DNA of 61,767 bases, counting the filler. It is 5 parts of 5 records of this genome, joined end to end, with 100 filler letters (N's around TTAATTAATTAA, not from the genome) between each part and the next. Parts side by side here need not be neighbours in the genome. Positions count along the whole stretch, not along the records: positions 41,998 to 50,678 come from SRR31156797_914; positions 50,779 to 61,767 come from SRR31156797_917; 3 more parts are not named here. One strand, written 5' to 3'. Below, piece after piece: positions 43,432-51,117 of this stretch. How positions within the stretch are numbered: position 1 is the first letter of the stretch; each line of letters opens with the position of its first letter. The notes beneath the pieces are model-generated. The model had not been told where the DNA came from, made no database searches, and was given only the letters and a program-made list of their open reading frames with translations. The translations under genes and the position numbers were made by a program.

Positions 43432-45189
43432 TTACATCCAGCCAGAAGGGATCTTCAGACCGGCATCTTCCTTGTTGATCAGGCCAAACCGTTTTCTCTC
43501 GACTAGACCCTCATTCAGGATCTCCTTTTCCTCCTCAGTGGAGGTGTAGTTAGTCTCTGTGATGGCGGTGCGGTTCTTCATGAAGACTTTCTGAGCTTCC
43601 ATGACAGTTCTACACTGGAGGAATTCTTTAGAAAACTTCTCAGTGCCCTTGAAAGCGGCCTTGCGACTTTCGTAATAAGCCAGAACCTCAGGAACGACTT
43701 CTTCAGGGATCTCGGTGGGCTCGGATTTCTGAGAGGCGCCCTCCTTGATTTCAGTCTGTGCTTCACCCTCAGGGCTCTTGGCCTCAGAAGCTTCCTTCTT
43801 TGCGGCCAGACGGGCCTTCCGGGCTTCGCGGGCTTCTTCTAACTCATCAGGAGTTCTGGTCTCAGGAGTTACAGCTTCCTTCTTCTTTTTCCCGTCGTCT
43901 TTGTCGTCCTTACCCTTCTTGCCTTCATCGTCACCCTTGTCATCACCCTCATCGTCATCCTTCTTCTTAGGATCACCCTCAGGAGCGTCATCGCGCTTCT
44001 TGTCGCCACCTTTCGCTTCCTTCAGAGCGTTGTACTCATCGGCGGAAAACATCAGGGACATCTCGTTCTTGAGACTTGAGATCTCAGAATCTTTCTCCTT
44101 AACTACGGTTTGGATGGACTCGGCCATGTCGGTGGCAATCTTCAAATCGCCTTCCAGTTTTTCCTTGTCCTCAGTCAGAGCCTTAATGATTTCTTCATGC
44201 TCCTTGATGGTAGTCTCCGCCTGTGCAAGAGACTCCTGAACACCTTCAAGCTGTGCCCCTTTTCCGGCCAGTTCACTGACTTCCTTCTCAGCGGCTTCAA
44301 GCAGATCGGTGAACTTCATTTCCAGCTTCTCCAGATCTTCGGACTTCCGAGTCTCATCATTAAAATAAGACAGGTTCTCTTTGATCTCTGTTATCTTGGT
44401 AGATAGGTTCTCTTCTTCCTTCAGACCTTTAAGAATACCGGTCATCTGGAGTCTGAAAGTAGATTCATTCAGCGTTTTCATTTCTGTATTCTCCATTTTC
44501 CCTTCGGCTAATAAACCTGAAGGTTTTGATTGCTGTGATTCAAGCGCATAGGGCTCAGCTACACCGAGCTCTGTGTTATCCTCCGCTTCAAGAGGAATCC
44601 CTACTTCCGAAGGTGTGGTCGGAACTGTTACAGGTCCTCCCTGCTCAGCCGGGACAATTTCATCTTCAGCGGTTCCGTACACTTCATAACTGGGGTCAAG
44701 TACCCAGTCTGAGACCCGGGAGATCTCGAAGGTAGCAGGATCAATAATATTTGTGCCGGGGATAAAATCTCCAAAACCTACACTGGAAAGACCAACCGGG
44801 CCTCCTGCATCCAGCACATCCTTGGCATGCTGACCCCACTTACCTACAAGGTAGCAGTCAGCAAGCATCAGAGCCCGATCCGGGCTGAAACGGATATTTC
44901 TCCAAACGCAGAAGATATCCTTTACGGAGCCTTCGTTCTCAGGATGATCACACAGCCCGAGTGTGTTCTCTCCCCCTCGAACTGCTATGACTCTTTCCCA
45001 GAGCTCTACCGGATACACCCGACCATTCAGGTTTTCCTTACCGGGGCGGCTGAAAGCAAATGTATATGCACCTACACACCTGAAGGTTCTGCCTTCCACC
45101 AATAGCTTGGTCGTGGCCTCCGTCAAGGTGATAGGTGAGATCAGCTCAGGTTCAGCTCGGAATGATTCGACAAGCTTAATTTTCGCCAT
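43432..45189 (-). CDS. T4 gp21-like prohead protease fused to coiled-coil scaffold (gp22-like) region
   Basis: ENLNGRVYP, GLCDHP, VGLSSVGFG, DWVLDPSY in the first ~175 aa, followed by ~400 aa acidic/charged coiled coil. Confidence 0.85.
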   Translation of the reverse strand: MAKIKLVESFRAEPELISPITLTEATTKLLVEGRTFRCVGAYTFAFSRPGKENLNGRVYPVELWERVIAVRGGENTLGLCDHPENEGSVKDIFCVWRNIRFSPDRALMLADCYLVGKWGQHAKDVLDAGGPVGLSSVGFGDFIPGTNIIDPATFEISRVSDWVLDPSYEVYGTAEDEIVPAEQGGPVTVPTTPSEVGIPLEAEDNTELGVAEPYALESQQSKPSGLLAEGKMENTEMKTLNESTFRLQMTGILKGLKEEENLSTKITEIKENLSYFNDETRKSEDLEKLEMKFTDLLEAAEKEVSELAGKGAQLEGVQESLAQAETTIKEHEEIIKALTEDKEKLEGDLKIATDMAESIQTVVKEKDSEISSLKNEMSLMFSADEYNALKEAKGGDKKRDDAPEGDPKKKDDDEGDDKGDDEGKKGKDDKDDGKKKKEAVTPETRTPDELEEAREARKARLAAKKEASEAKSPEGEAQTEIKEGASQKSEPTEIPEEVVPEVLAYYESRKAAFKGTEKFSKEFLQCRTVMEAQKVFMKNRTAITETNYTSTEEEKEILNEGLVERKRFGLINKEDAGLKIPSGWM

Positions 45190-45229
45190 CAATAGTCCTC
45201 AAACTACAAAAAGTTTCTAACTTAATAGT
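45185..45229 (-). promoter_or_regulatory. Late promoter + conserved leader (copy B)
   Basis: ACTATTAAGTTAGAAACTTTTTGTAGTTTGAGGACTATTGATGGC. Confidence 0.75.
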
Positions 45230-45247
45230 GCTTAAAGATTTCAATCT

Positions 45248-47110
45248 TTAGCCCTCAAGCTTTTTGCTACCTATGGTTTTGAGGATCTCCGTCAATGCCG
45301 CCTTGTCATGGGTTGAGATTGACTTACTGTTATTGATAAAGTGCCTGCCGTTCAGAGTTGCTTCTGCTACACTCTGTTCGTTCAGCACCTTGATGAATGC
45401 TTCTTGGCATAGGTACTTGTTTGCCTTCTCTAGAAGTTCTCCCTGCTTACTCTCAGTGAGCCGCTCTTTGAAGATCGCGTTGGGGTATTTCTCAATGAAC
45501 TGTTCATAGAAGTTTGCCGTTTCTTTCACCCTCTTTCCTTCTTCATAGAGGCCTTCCTGATCCGCTGTAGCATCCACCCAGCGGTCCACATCTTCGGCAT
45601 CCAAAAAGGAGAGGTTGGTAAAGACCTGCTTTACCACTTCAGGTGGCAGACCATCCCGCATACCAAAGGCCTGCTTGATCTGATTGATCACATCTCCGGC
45701 CAGCCGTAGGGTGTCGTTCTTTGTGCGGATCCGGTCCTGCGCTTCTTCTGTCACAGGAAACTGCATACCAAGTGTGAAGTCAGTCATCTCGGCACCGTGC
45801 TTCCCGGTGATCAGAAAATGAATCCGGATCATCTGTGCAATGCCCTTCAGAATTGCACTTTGGATAGTGAAAACACTTCGTGCGAATGGCTTGAACTGCT
45901 GAAGCAGAGCCTGACCTGAAGTTCCGAAGCTCCCCTTATCCACGATCAGGTAGCCCTTGGGGACTCTTGAACTCATAATGAGCTCATCCCTAAGCAACTC
46001 GACATCGTGGATTTCATTCATACGGATGTTGGGAGACAGGAGGTTGAAATTGATCAACCCCTCAGGAGTCCAGACTTGAGACCCAGCAGAGAAAGCTTCT
46101 TTCCCCTTGGTCTCTTCCGAATTCCCGATATTGTGATATTCAGTTTTTGCCTCTTGCACAGCTTCCCATGCCTCCATCTCTGAGGCGTCGGGATCAACTT
46201 TGACGGTATAGTGCTCTCTGGGGAAGTTCATTCCCCGGAGGAGGGCCTGAAGATTTTTGGCCCCCTGATACTGCCTGAAGTTCGCAATGGCATTCAAGAA
46301 GAGAGACTTACCGTAGGGGTAGAGCTCTGACTTGGAGGTCTCCAGACGAAAGTGAGTTACGTTCCATGGAGGCAAAGTTTCATCGGTGCTCATGATATAA
46401 CCGAAGAGATAAGGCTTGTAGATTTCTGAGACATCCCCATCCTTCGCGGCCAACTTATTGACGATATCTGAAATAGCCTTTTTCCGGAGCTTTTTCACGA
46501 GACTGCCGCTCTTTTTCTCAACGGCCTTCCGGGCGTCAGAGAGGCGGAACTCAAGTCGCTCTTTGATCTCACGGGGATCTACTTTCGTGACATCAGTGAT
46601 CCCTAGTTTGGCTTGATCAAAAGACATGGAATTCACTGTGAAGGAATCACCATATCCTGCCAGCTCATAGGCAATATCACGGACAGTGGGCTGATCGATT
46701 CCCCATTCATTGAGAAGAGCCTCGATGTCCTTTTGTACCTCTTTCTTACCTGCGGTCACCGTGATGGTACTGGACTGGGAGTCGGCCTGTACTGATTCAT
46801 CAGCATAAAGCTCCAGCGCCATAGACATGATTCCACTGTTGAGCACCATATAATCCACATCGTTGTATCGGGTCTTCCGGTCCTCGAAGTTGGACATTTT
46901 GTCGTGGGTTTCTGAGAGCCACCAGTTCCAAACCTTCTGTGCATCAGAAGGGAGCTTCAGAGCTTTTGGTTTGACATCTTTATTGTCTCGGGCAGGTTTC
47001 TTTGCGGGCACCACCATGGGCTCCGCTGAGACTTGCTTTCCTCCAGACTGGACGGCAATACCGAACATGTTCTGGAGGCGATTTTGAATTTTTCTCGCAT
47101 TATCTGCCAT
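45248..47110 (-). CDS. T4 gp20-like portal protein
   Basis: RY...DYM....MALELYADES, YGDSF, PWNVTHFRL, PYGKS, DVELLRD.L....VPKGYL, FARSV..IQ, FTLGM patterns. Confidence 0.85.
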   Translation of the reverse strand: MADNARKIQNRLQNMFGIAVQSGGKQVSAEPMVVPAKKPARDNKDVKPKALKLPSDAQKVWNWWLSETHDKMSNFEDRKTRYNDVDYMVLNSGIMSMALELYADESVQADSQSSTITVTAGKKEVQKDIEALLNEWGIDQPTVRDIAYELAGYGDSFTVNSMSFDQAKLGITDVTKVDPREIKERLEFRLSDARKAVEKKSGSLVKKLRKKAISDIVNKLAAKDGDVSEIYKPYLFGYIMSTDETLPPWNVTHFRLETSKSELYPYGKSLFLNAIANFRQYQGAKNLQALLRGMNFPREHYTVKVDPDASEMEAWEAVQEAKTEYHNIGNSEETKGKEAFSAGSQVWTPEGLINFNLLSPNIRMNEIHDVELLRDELIMSSRVPKGYLIVDKGSFGTSGQALLQQFKPFARSVFTIQSAILKGIAQMIRIHFLITGKHGAEMTDFTLGMQFPVTEEAQDRIRTKNDTLRLAGDVINQIKQAFGMRDGLPPEVVKQVFTNLSFLDAEDVDRWVDATADQEGLYEEGKRVKETANFYEQFIEKYPNAIFKERLTESKQGELLEKANKYLCQEAFIKVLNEQSVAEATLNGRHFINNSKSISTHDKAALTEILKTIGSKKLEG

Positions 47111-47151
47111 CAATAGTCCTCATATCTACAAAACGTTTCTGTCTTAATAGT
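47106..47151 (-). promoter_or_regulatory. Late promoter + conserved leader (copy A)
   Basis: ACTATTAAGACAGAAACGTTTTGTAGATATGAGGACTATTGATGGC. Confidence 0.75.
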
Positions 47152-47183
47152 TCTTGCACAGGGATTTCTTGATGGGGGTTCTG

Positions 47184-47522
47184 CTAAACCGTAGGCACCT
47201 CTTCCTTGGGGGTTATCTCAGGCTTTTTCGCGGTGGAAGCGTTCTGGCCGACTGGTAGAGTCAGGTTCGTTGAGGTCTCTCGGGCCGCTTTACGGATGAA
47301 GATGGAAGGGACAACCACAGTTGCTAAGGTTACCAACTGCCCAAGCGGGATTGAGATAAAGAAGAACTGAAGCTCATTGAGCATATTCAGAACGTCTCCT
47401 CCACAGCTCATCAGCATGTGGTCCAGCATCATTTGATTGAAGAGAAACTGTACCACCCATGACAGTGGGATCAACATGATCACGATAAGGCTGATCCAAG
47501 ATGACGATGTCCAACGCTTCAT
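47184..47522 (-). CDS. Small membrane protein (2 TM), holin candidate
   Basis: Two hydrophobic segments and a charged C-terminal tail; start overlaps the peptidase stop. Confidence 0.5.
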   Translation of the reverse strand: MKRWTSSSWISLIVIMLIPLSWVVQFLFNQMMLDHMLMSCGGDVLNMLNELQFFFISIPLGQLVTLATVVVPSIFIRKAARETSTNLTLPVGQNASTAKKPEITPKEEVPTV

Positions 47523-48184
47523 GCTACGCGCTCCATAAGATGCACAATATCATTGTGCAAGTGCCCCCATTTGACTTCCTCCTGATATGGCTTGAACATC
47601 CGCAGGAAGTCGTCATAGGAGACCTGAAGATCGTTTCCCGAAGCCTTCCGATCATACTTACCTGCCCGGGGATCTCCGTACGGATCATCAAAGGTAACCT
47701 GCCGCACTTTTCGTAGGTCAATGTCTTCTGGTGACTGTGCTTTATTGACATCTCTCTGTTTTGTGGAGAACCCTACCAGACACACAACGTGGTTCAGCCC
47801 GGCCAGCCTTCCAGAGATGATTACCGGCTTCCCTTTCACAAGGGAGAAAAACAGCTCTTGAACTGTCCAGTGAGTACCAAAGGTCACAAGATCCTTCTCA
47901 CAGATCCGGTTAATCGCCCACATAAGACAGGCGTGAATTTCATTAGGTGAATATTCAGGGTATAGTGACTTGCTCACCTTGAACATTTCCTCATACCCTT
48001 CTTTACCATTCAGAGTGATCATAATAAAATCTTCGAGTTGCATGTTCTTAGGACAGAAAGGAGTTTCACCAGAGTACTCGATGAACATCGCGCTTGAGGT
48101 AGGTCCACAAGCCTCAAGAGGTCGAAACTCATTGTTGTTTTGGGAAGAGTTTAGCTTCCCTTTGCTCACATTAATCGTCACCAT
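47519..48184 (-). CDS. C39-like (papain-fold) cysteine peptidase, endolysin candidate
   Basis: SQ.NN...ACGPTS.AM, GKPVIISG...HVVCLVGF, DDPYG motifs giving Q/C/H/D catalytic residues. Confidence 0.7.
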   Translation of the reverse strand: MVTINVSKGKLNSSQNNNEFRPLEACGPTSSAMFIEYSGETPFCPKNMQLEDFIMITLNGKEGYEEMFKVSKSLYPEYSPNEIHACLMWAINRICEKDLVTFGTHWTVQELFFSLVKGKPVIISGRLAGLNHVVCLVGFSTKQRDVNKAQSPEDIDLRKVRQVTFDDPYGDPRAGKYDRKASGNDLQVSYDDFLRMFKPYQEEVKWGHLHNDIVHLMERVA

Positions 48185-48195
48185 CTCTGCATTCC

Positions 48196-48546
48196 TTAGT
48201 TCATGGACATCCGAACAAGGGCATAGACAGCTACAAGGAAGCCTGATGTCAGGGATGTGACAACCACCCTCCAGAATGTCTTACTGGCCGAGGAGAGAAA
48301 ATCTCCTGCACGGCGGTCATGTGCATGTTCAAGTTCATAAACTCGACTACTAACTTCAGTAGTCTTTTCATCAAGTTTGTCGATCTTTCGTTCGATCCGC
48401 TGTTCCAACTGCTCTGACTTGAGATTAGTTTGTGACTCATGGCTATTCAATCGCTGACTGAATTCATCCATTTTTGAGTTTATGTGCTTAAACTCGGTTC
48501 TGATCATATCTTTTATTGCATCCACAGCAATCTCAAGCTCTTGCAT
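48196..48546 (-). CDS. Coiled-coil protein with C-terminal TM anchor (holin/XhlA-like architecture)
   Basis: Heptad-rich N-terminus (KIDKLDEK...RVYELE) then a single TM helix FWRVVVTSLTSGFLVAVYALV. Confidence 0.55.
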   Translation of the reverse strand: MQELEIAVDAIKDMIRTEFKHINSKMDEFSQRLNSHESQTNLKSEQLEQRIERKIDKLDEKTTEVSSRVYELEHAHDRRAGDFLSSASKTFWRVVVTSLTSGFLVAVYALVRMSMN

Positions 48547-48572
48547 CTGTGATCCTTTCTTAAGTCGTTATC

Positions 48573-48580
48573 TTAATAGT
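48573..48580 (-). promoter_or_regulatory. Putative phage late promoter ACTATTAA (lysis cassette)
   Basis: ACTATTAAGA about 27 nt upstream of ATG 48546, with AAAGGA RBS between. Confidence 0.7.
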
Positions 48581-48638
48581 GGACCGGTAGAAAATAGATG
48601 CGAACTGAGATGCTGTAGATGAACATGATATGTGCAGA

Positions 48639-49070
48639 TTATGCGGCTACCTCCTGTCCCATATATTCACTGAAAAACTGCTCTACCTCGGCCAGATCAG
48701 TGGAGGCATAAATTTTATCTTTCACTGCCCAACTATCATGGAATGTCGTCTGCACAAAGTTTGTCATCGCTATAGACAGTGCATCCACGTCCGCCGCCTT
48801 TGCAAGCTTTAAACGGGAGTTATCCATACACCGCCAATACAGGGGGTATTCAATTTTATCCTTCTGGAATAGATAGCCCATCAGGTTATCCTTTGAATCC
48901 TTGTCTGCTCGGATCTGTTTTTTCTTATAGGTGTAGCCGACTTCATTCATTCGCCGGTCCCGTTCTGCTTCTATCAGAACCTTCAGCTCTGCCTTACGCG
49001 CCACCAGCGCCTCAAGGCGTTCTCTCTCTATCTTTTGTGAAAATGTTTCTACAGCTTCAAATTTCACCAT
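48639..49070 (-). CDS. DUF4376-like tail fibre assembly/chaperone protein
   Basis: I..ERDRR...GYTY....RAD..S..NL...WRCMDNS..L....A....VQ..F...W..KDKI pattern. Confidence 0.7.
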   Translation of the reverse strand: MVKFEAVETFSQKIERERLEALVARKAELKVLIEAERDRRMNEVGYTYKKKQIRADKDSKDNLMGYLFQKDKIEYPLYWRCMDNSRLKLAKAADVDALSIAMTNFVQTTFHDSWAVKDKIYASTDLAEVEQFFSEYMGQEVAA

Positions 49071-49405
49071 TCCGCTCCTTCCAAGGTTTCAAGAGAAACC
49101 GTCTTTCCAACAGTAAAATCGTAAGGCAGTACTGTGTCTTCAACTGCACCCTCTATCTTCAAACAGCTAAAATAGGATTTGATTGAAGCAGGAGAAGCGA
49201 ATACGTATAGCTCTGCGACCACATCCCCATTAGGAACAGATCGCTTGATGGATCTGAAGTCTTCAGATGCCCCGTAGTCACAAACAGACCCATCCGAGAT
49301 GTCTATTACTACAGGTTCATCATTGATGTATAACACTCCATCAATAACTTTGTATGTTTTTGGAAGGTCAGAAGGTTGAAGCGAAACCAATTTTATCTTA
49401 AGCAT
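49064..49405 (-). CDS. Probable tail fibre-associated/assembly protein
   Basis: Directly follows the fibre gene; KIKLVS......KV.DGVLYIN.E resembles small fibre-chaperone N-termini. Confidence 0.5.
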   Translation of the reverse strand: MLKIKLVSLQPSDLPKTYKVIDGVLYINDEPVVIDISDGSVCDYGASEDFRSIKRSVPNGDVVAELYVFASPASIKSYFSCLKIEGAVEDTVLPYDFTVGKTVSLETLEGAEW

Positions 49406-49414
49406 GTTCTCTCC

Positions 49415-50677
49415 TTAATACCCAATTGCAATCCAGCCAAGTCGCACAGTATTTCGTGGATACACTGTAAAGCGGTCTACATAGGTGGTGTTGTGGTGAA
49501 CTGACGGGGCATAGCCCACAATCCCGGAATTGTACTCTTGAGTAATTACCGTGAACCCTCCGTCCGCCATACTTTTGCTAAATGCAGTGGGCAGATAAAC
49601 GGTATTTCCAGTATCCTCTGTATACGTTGCTTCGGATTTATTCCACTGGATTAACAAACCGTTTATAAATCTCACCCAATTACCGTTCATATTGCGCCCT
49701 TCTTCAATAATCCGTCCCGCACCACTCAAAAGGCTTGAACCGGGAAAATTTCCAAACTGATCGAGGAACCACTGTGCGTTCTTCCCGTACTGCTTGTTGG
49801 GGTCTTTAAAAGGCTTCGACTGATCTATAGGGAGTGTCACGTCCTTAGGATGTACACAAAAGTTCGTTATATACCCTGAAGACGACTCAGACATATTAGG
49901 GCTACATCCTATAGCGAGTGTCTCCGCAGGAGACCACGCAGACAGATCGATGTCTAAATCAGTAAGTAGTTGTCCATCAAACCAAACCCTTATATGGTTT
50001 TTTGCTTTGTCAGCAAAGATCACCATCTCATGTTCTTGATGCAGATCCTCATTACTCGTAAACTTCGTAGCATCATCAATAACGGCAGTGCCGCCGTCCC
50101 ACGATGACCCATTATGTCCATAGTAGTAATTGACACCATTCAACAAGAGAGTGAAGTTCCGATCTGAAGAGTAACCGCTGTAATGGCAGGTTATTTTTGG
50201 GTCTTGTCCATTATCAGACAAGAGAGTTGTAGCCTTTGTTTGGGAGTAATCCTGCGCAACCTTGAACTTAAAACTGATTGGTTTCTCCCAATCTGTAAAA
50301 GGATAAAGGCGTTGAGAACTTTGAGCATTTCCATCCATACCATAAGGAGGGATGAAACTTGCATCACTAACAATCTGACAATCTCTTAGGTAACAATAGT
50401 CTCCTGAGGCTTCAAGCTGAATAAGGAAGTTATCTTCGTTCTCCTCCGTACAAACATTCCGTAGAAGAACGAGATCCTCAGAAATTCGGGAGAAGCTTAG
50501 AACCGAGTCCTTACTAGTTTCATCAGTAGGATTGATAAATGTATTTGTATTCCAGTTAAAATAGCAGTTATCAGTGGTCTTGCTTTCACTACCAAAAAAG
50601 AGATTCCCTTTCCCTCGCTTTACTAAGACGGACTTTAACTTCTTTGAACCTTTGAATCCAGTGTTTCTATGTGTATA
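49415..50677 (-). CDS. Tail fibre / receptor-binding protein (5' truncated)
   Basis: Frame stays open from 50677 (manually translated YTHRNTGF...); LamG-like core (HIRVWFDGQL, LAIG, GYITNF); C-terminal GNWVRFINGLLIQW..YLPTAF..WIAIGY fibre domain. Confidence 0.8.
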   Translation of the reverse strand, partial: YTHRNTGFKGSKKLKSVLVKRGKGNLFFGSESKTTDNCYFNWNTNTFINPTDETSKDSVLSFSRISEDLVLLRNVCTEENEDNFLIQLEASGDYCYLRDCQIVSDASFIPPYGMDGNAQSSQRLYPFTDWEKPISFKFKVAQDYSQTKATTLLSDNGQDPKITCHYSGYSSDRNFTLLLNGVNYYYGHNGSSWDGGTAVIDDATKFTSNEDLHQEHEMVIFADKAKNHIRVWFDGQLLTDLDIDLSAWSPAETLAIGCSPNMSESSSGYITNFCVHPKDVTLPIDQSKPFKDPNKQYGKNAQWFLDQFGNFPGSSLLSGAGRIIEEGRNMNGNWVRFINGLLIQWNKSEATYTEDTGNTVYLPTAFSKSMADGGFTVITQEYNSGIVGYAPSVHHNTTYVDRFTVYPRNTVRLGWIAIGY

Positions 50678-50678
50678 A

Positions 50679-50778
50679 NNNNNNNNNNNNNNNNNNNNNN
50701 NNNNNNNNNNNNNNNNNNNNNNTTAATTAATTAANNNNNNNNNNNNNNNNNNNNNNNNNNNNNNNNNNNNNNNNNNNN
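50679..50778. other. Artificial contig spacer
   Basis: N44-TTAATTAATTAA-N44. Confidence 0.99.
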
Positions 50779-51069
50779 CCCAAGGGGCTCGCCGAGATCG
50801 TCCTCGACGCGGTGCGCCATCCGGGATTCTCCTTCGTCAATATCCTGAGCCCGTGCGTCACCTTCCATCCCGAACAACGCGAGTGGAAGAACGCCGTGCG
50901 CCCGGGATTCGGCGAACCGACCGCCGACCGCACGGAGGCCGGCCGGCGGATCCTGGACGACGACGGCTTCAATATCGGCATCCTGTTCAAAGGCGATCGC
51001 GAGGCGTTCAAATGCGCCGCACCGAGTGGCGTTGCGCCGTCCGTTTTTCGCCAGGAGTTTGTCATCTAG
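50779..51069 (+). CDS. 2-oxoacid:ferredoxin oxidoreductase beta subunit, C-terminal fragment
   Basis: LAEIVLDAVRHPGFSFVNILSPCVTF motif. Confidence 0.85.
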   Translation, partial: PKGLAEIVLDAVRHPGFSFVNILSPCVTFHPEQREWKNAVRPGFGEPTADRTEAGRRILDDDGFNIGILFKGDREAFKCAAPSGVAPSVFRQEFVI

Positions 51070-51117
51070 CGGCTCCCCGCAGAATGGAGCAGCCGGCAAA
51101 ACATAAGGAACAACCCC

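Larger units (their letters stand above)
41998..50678 (-). mobile_element. Late (virion/lysis) region of a divergent T4-like tailed phage
   Basis: Co-oriented tail fibre, chaperones, lysis-like cassette, gp20-like portal, gp21-like protease and gp23-like capsid genes. Confidence 0.9.

Noticed and set aside
41998-50678. Stop-codon reassignment or diversity-generating retroelement in the phage
   Set aside because: Genes are long and tightly packed under the standard code; no reverse transcriptase or TR/VR adenine-mismatch repeat seen.
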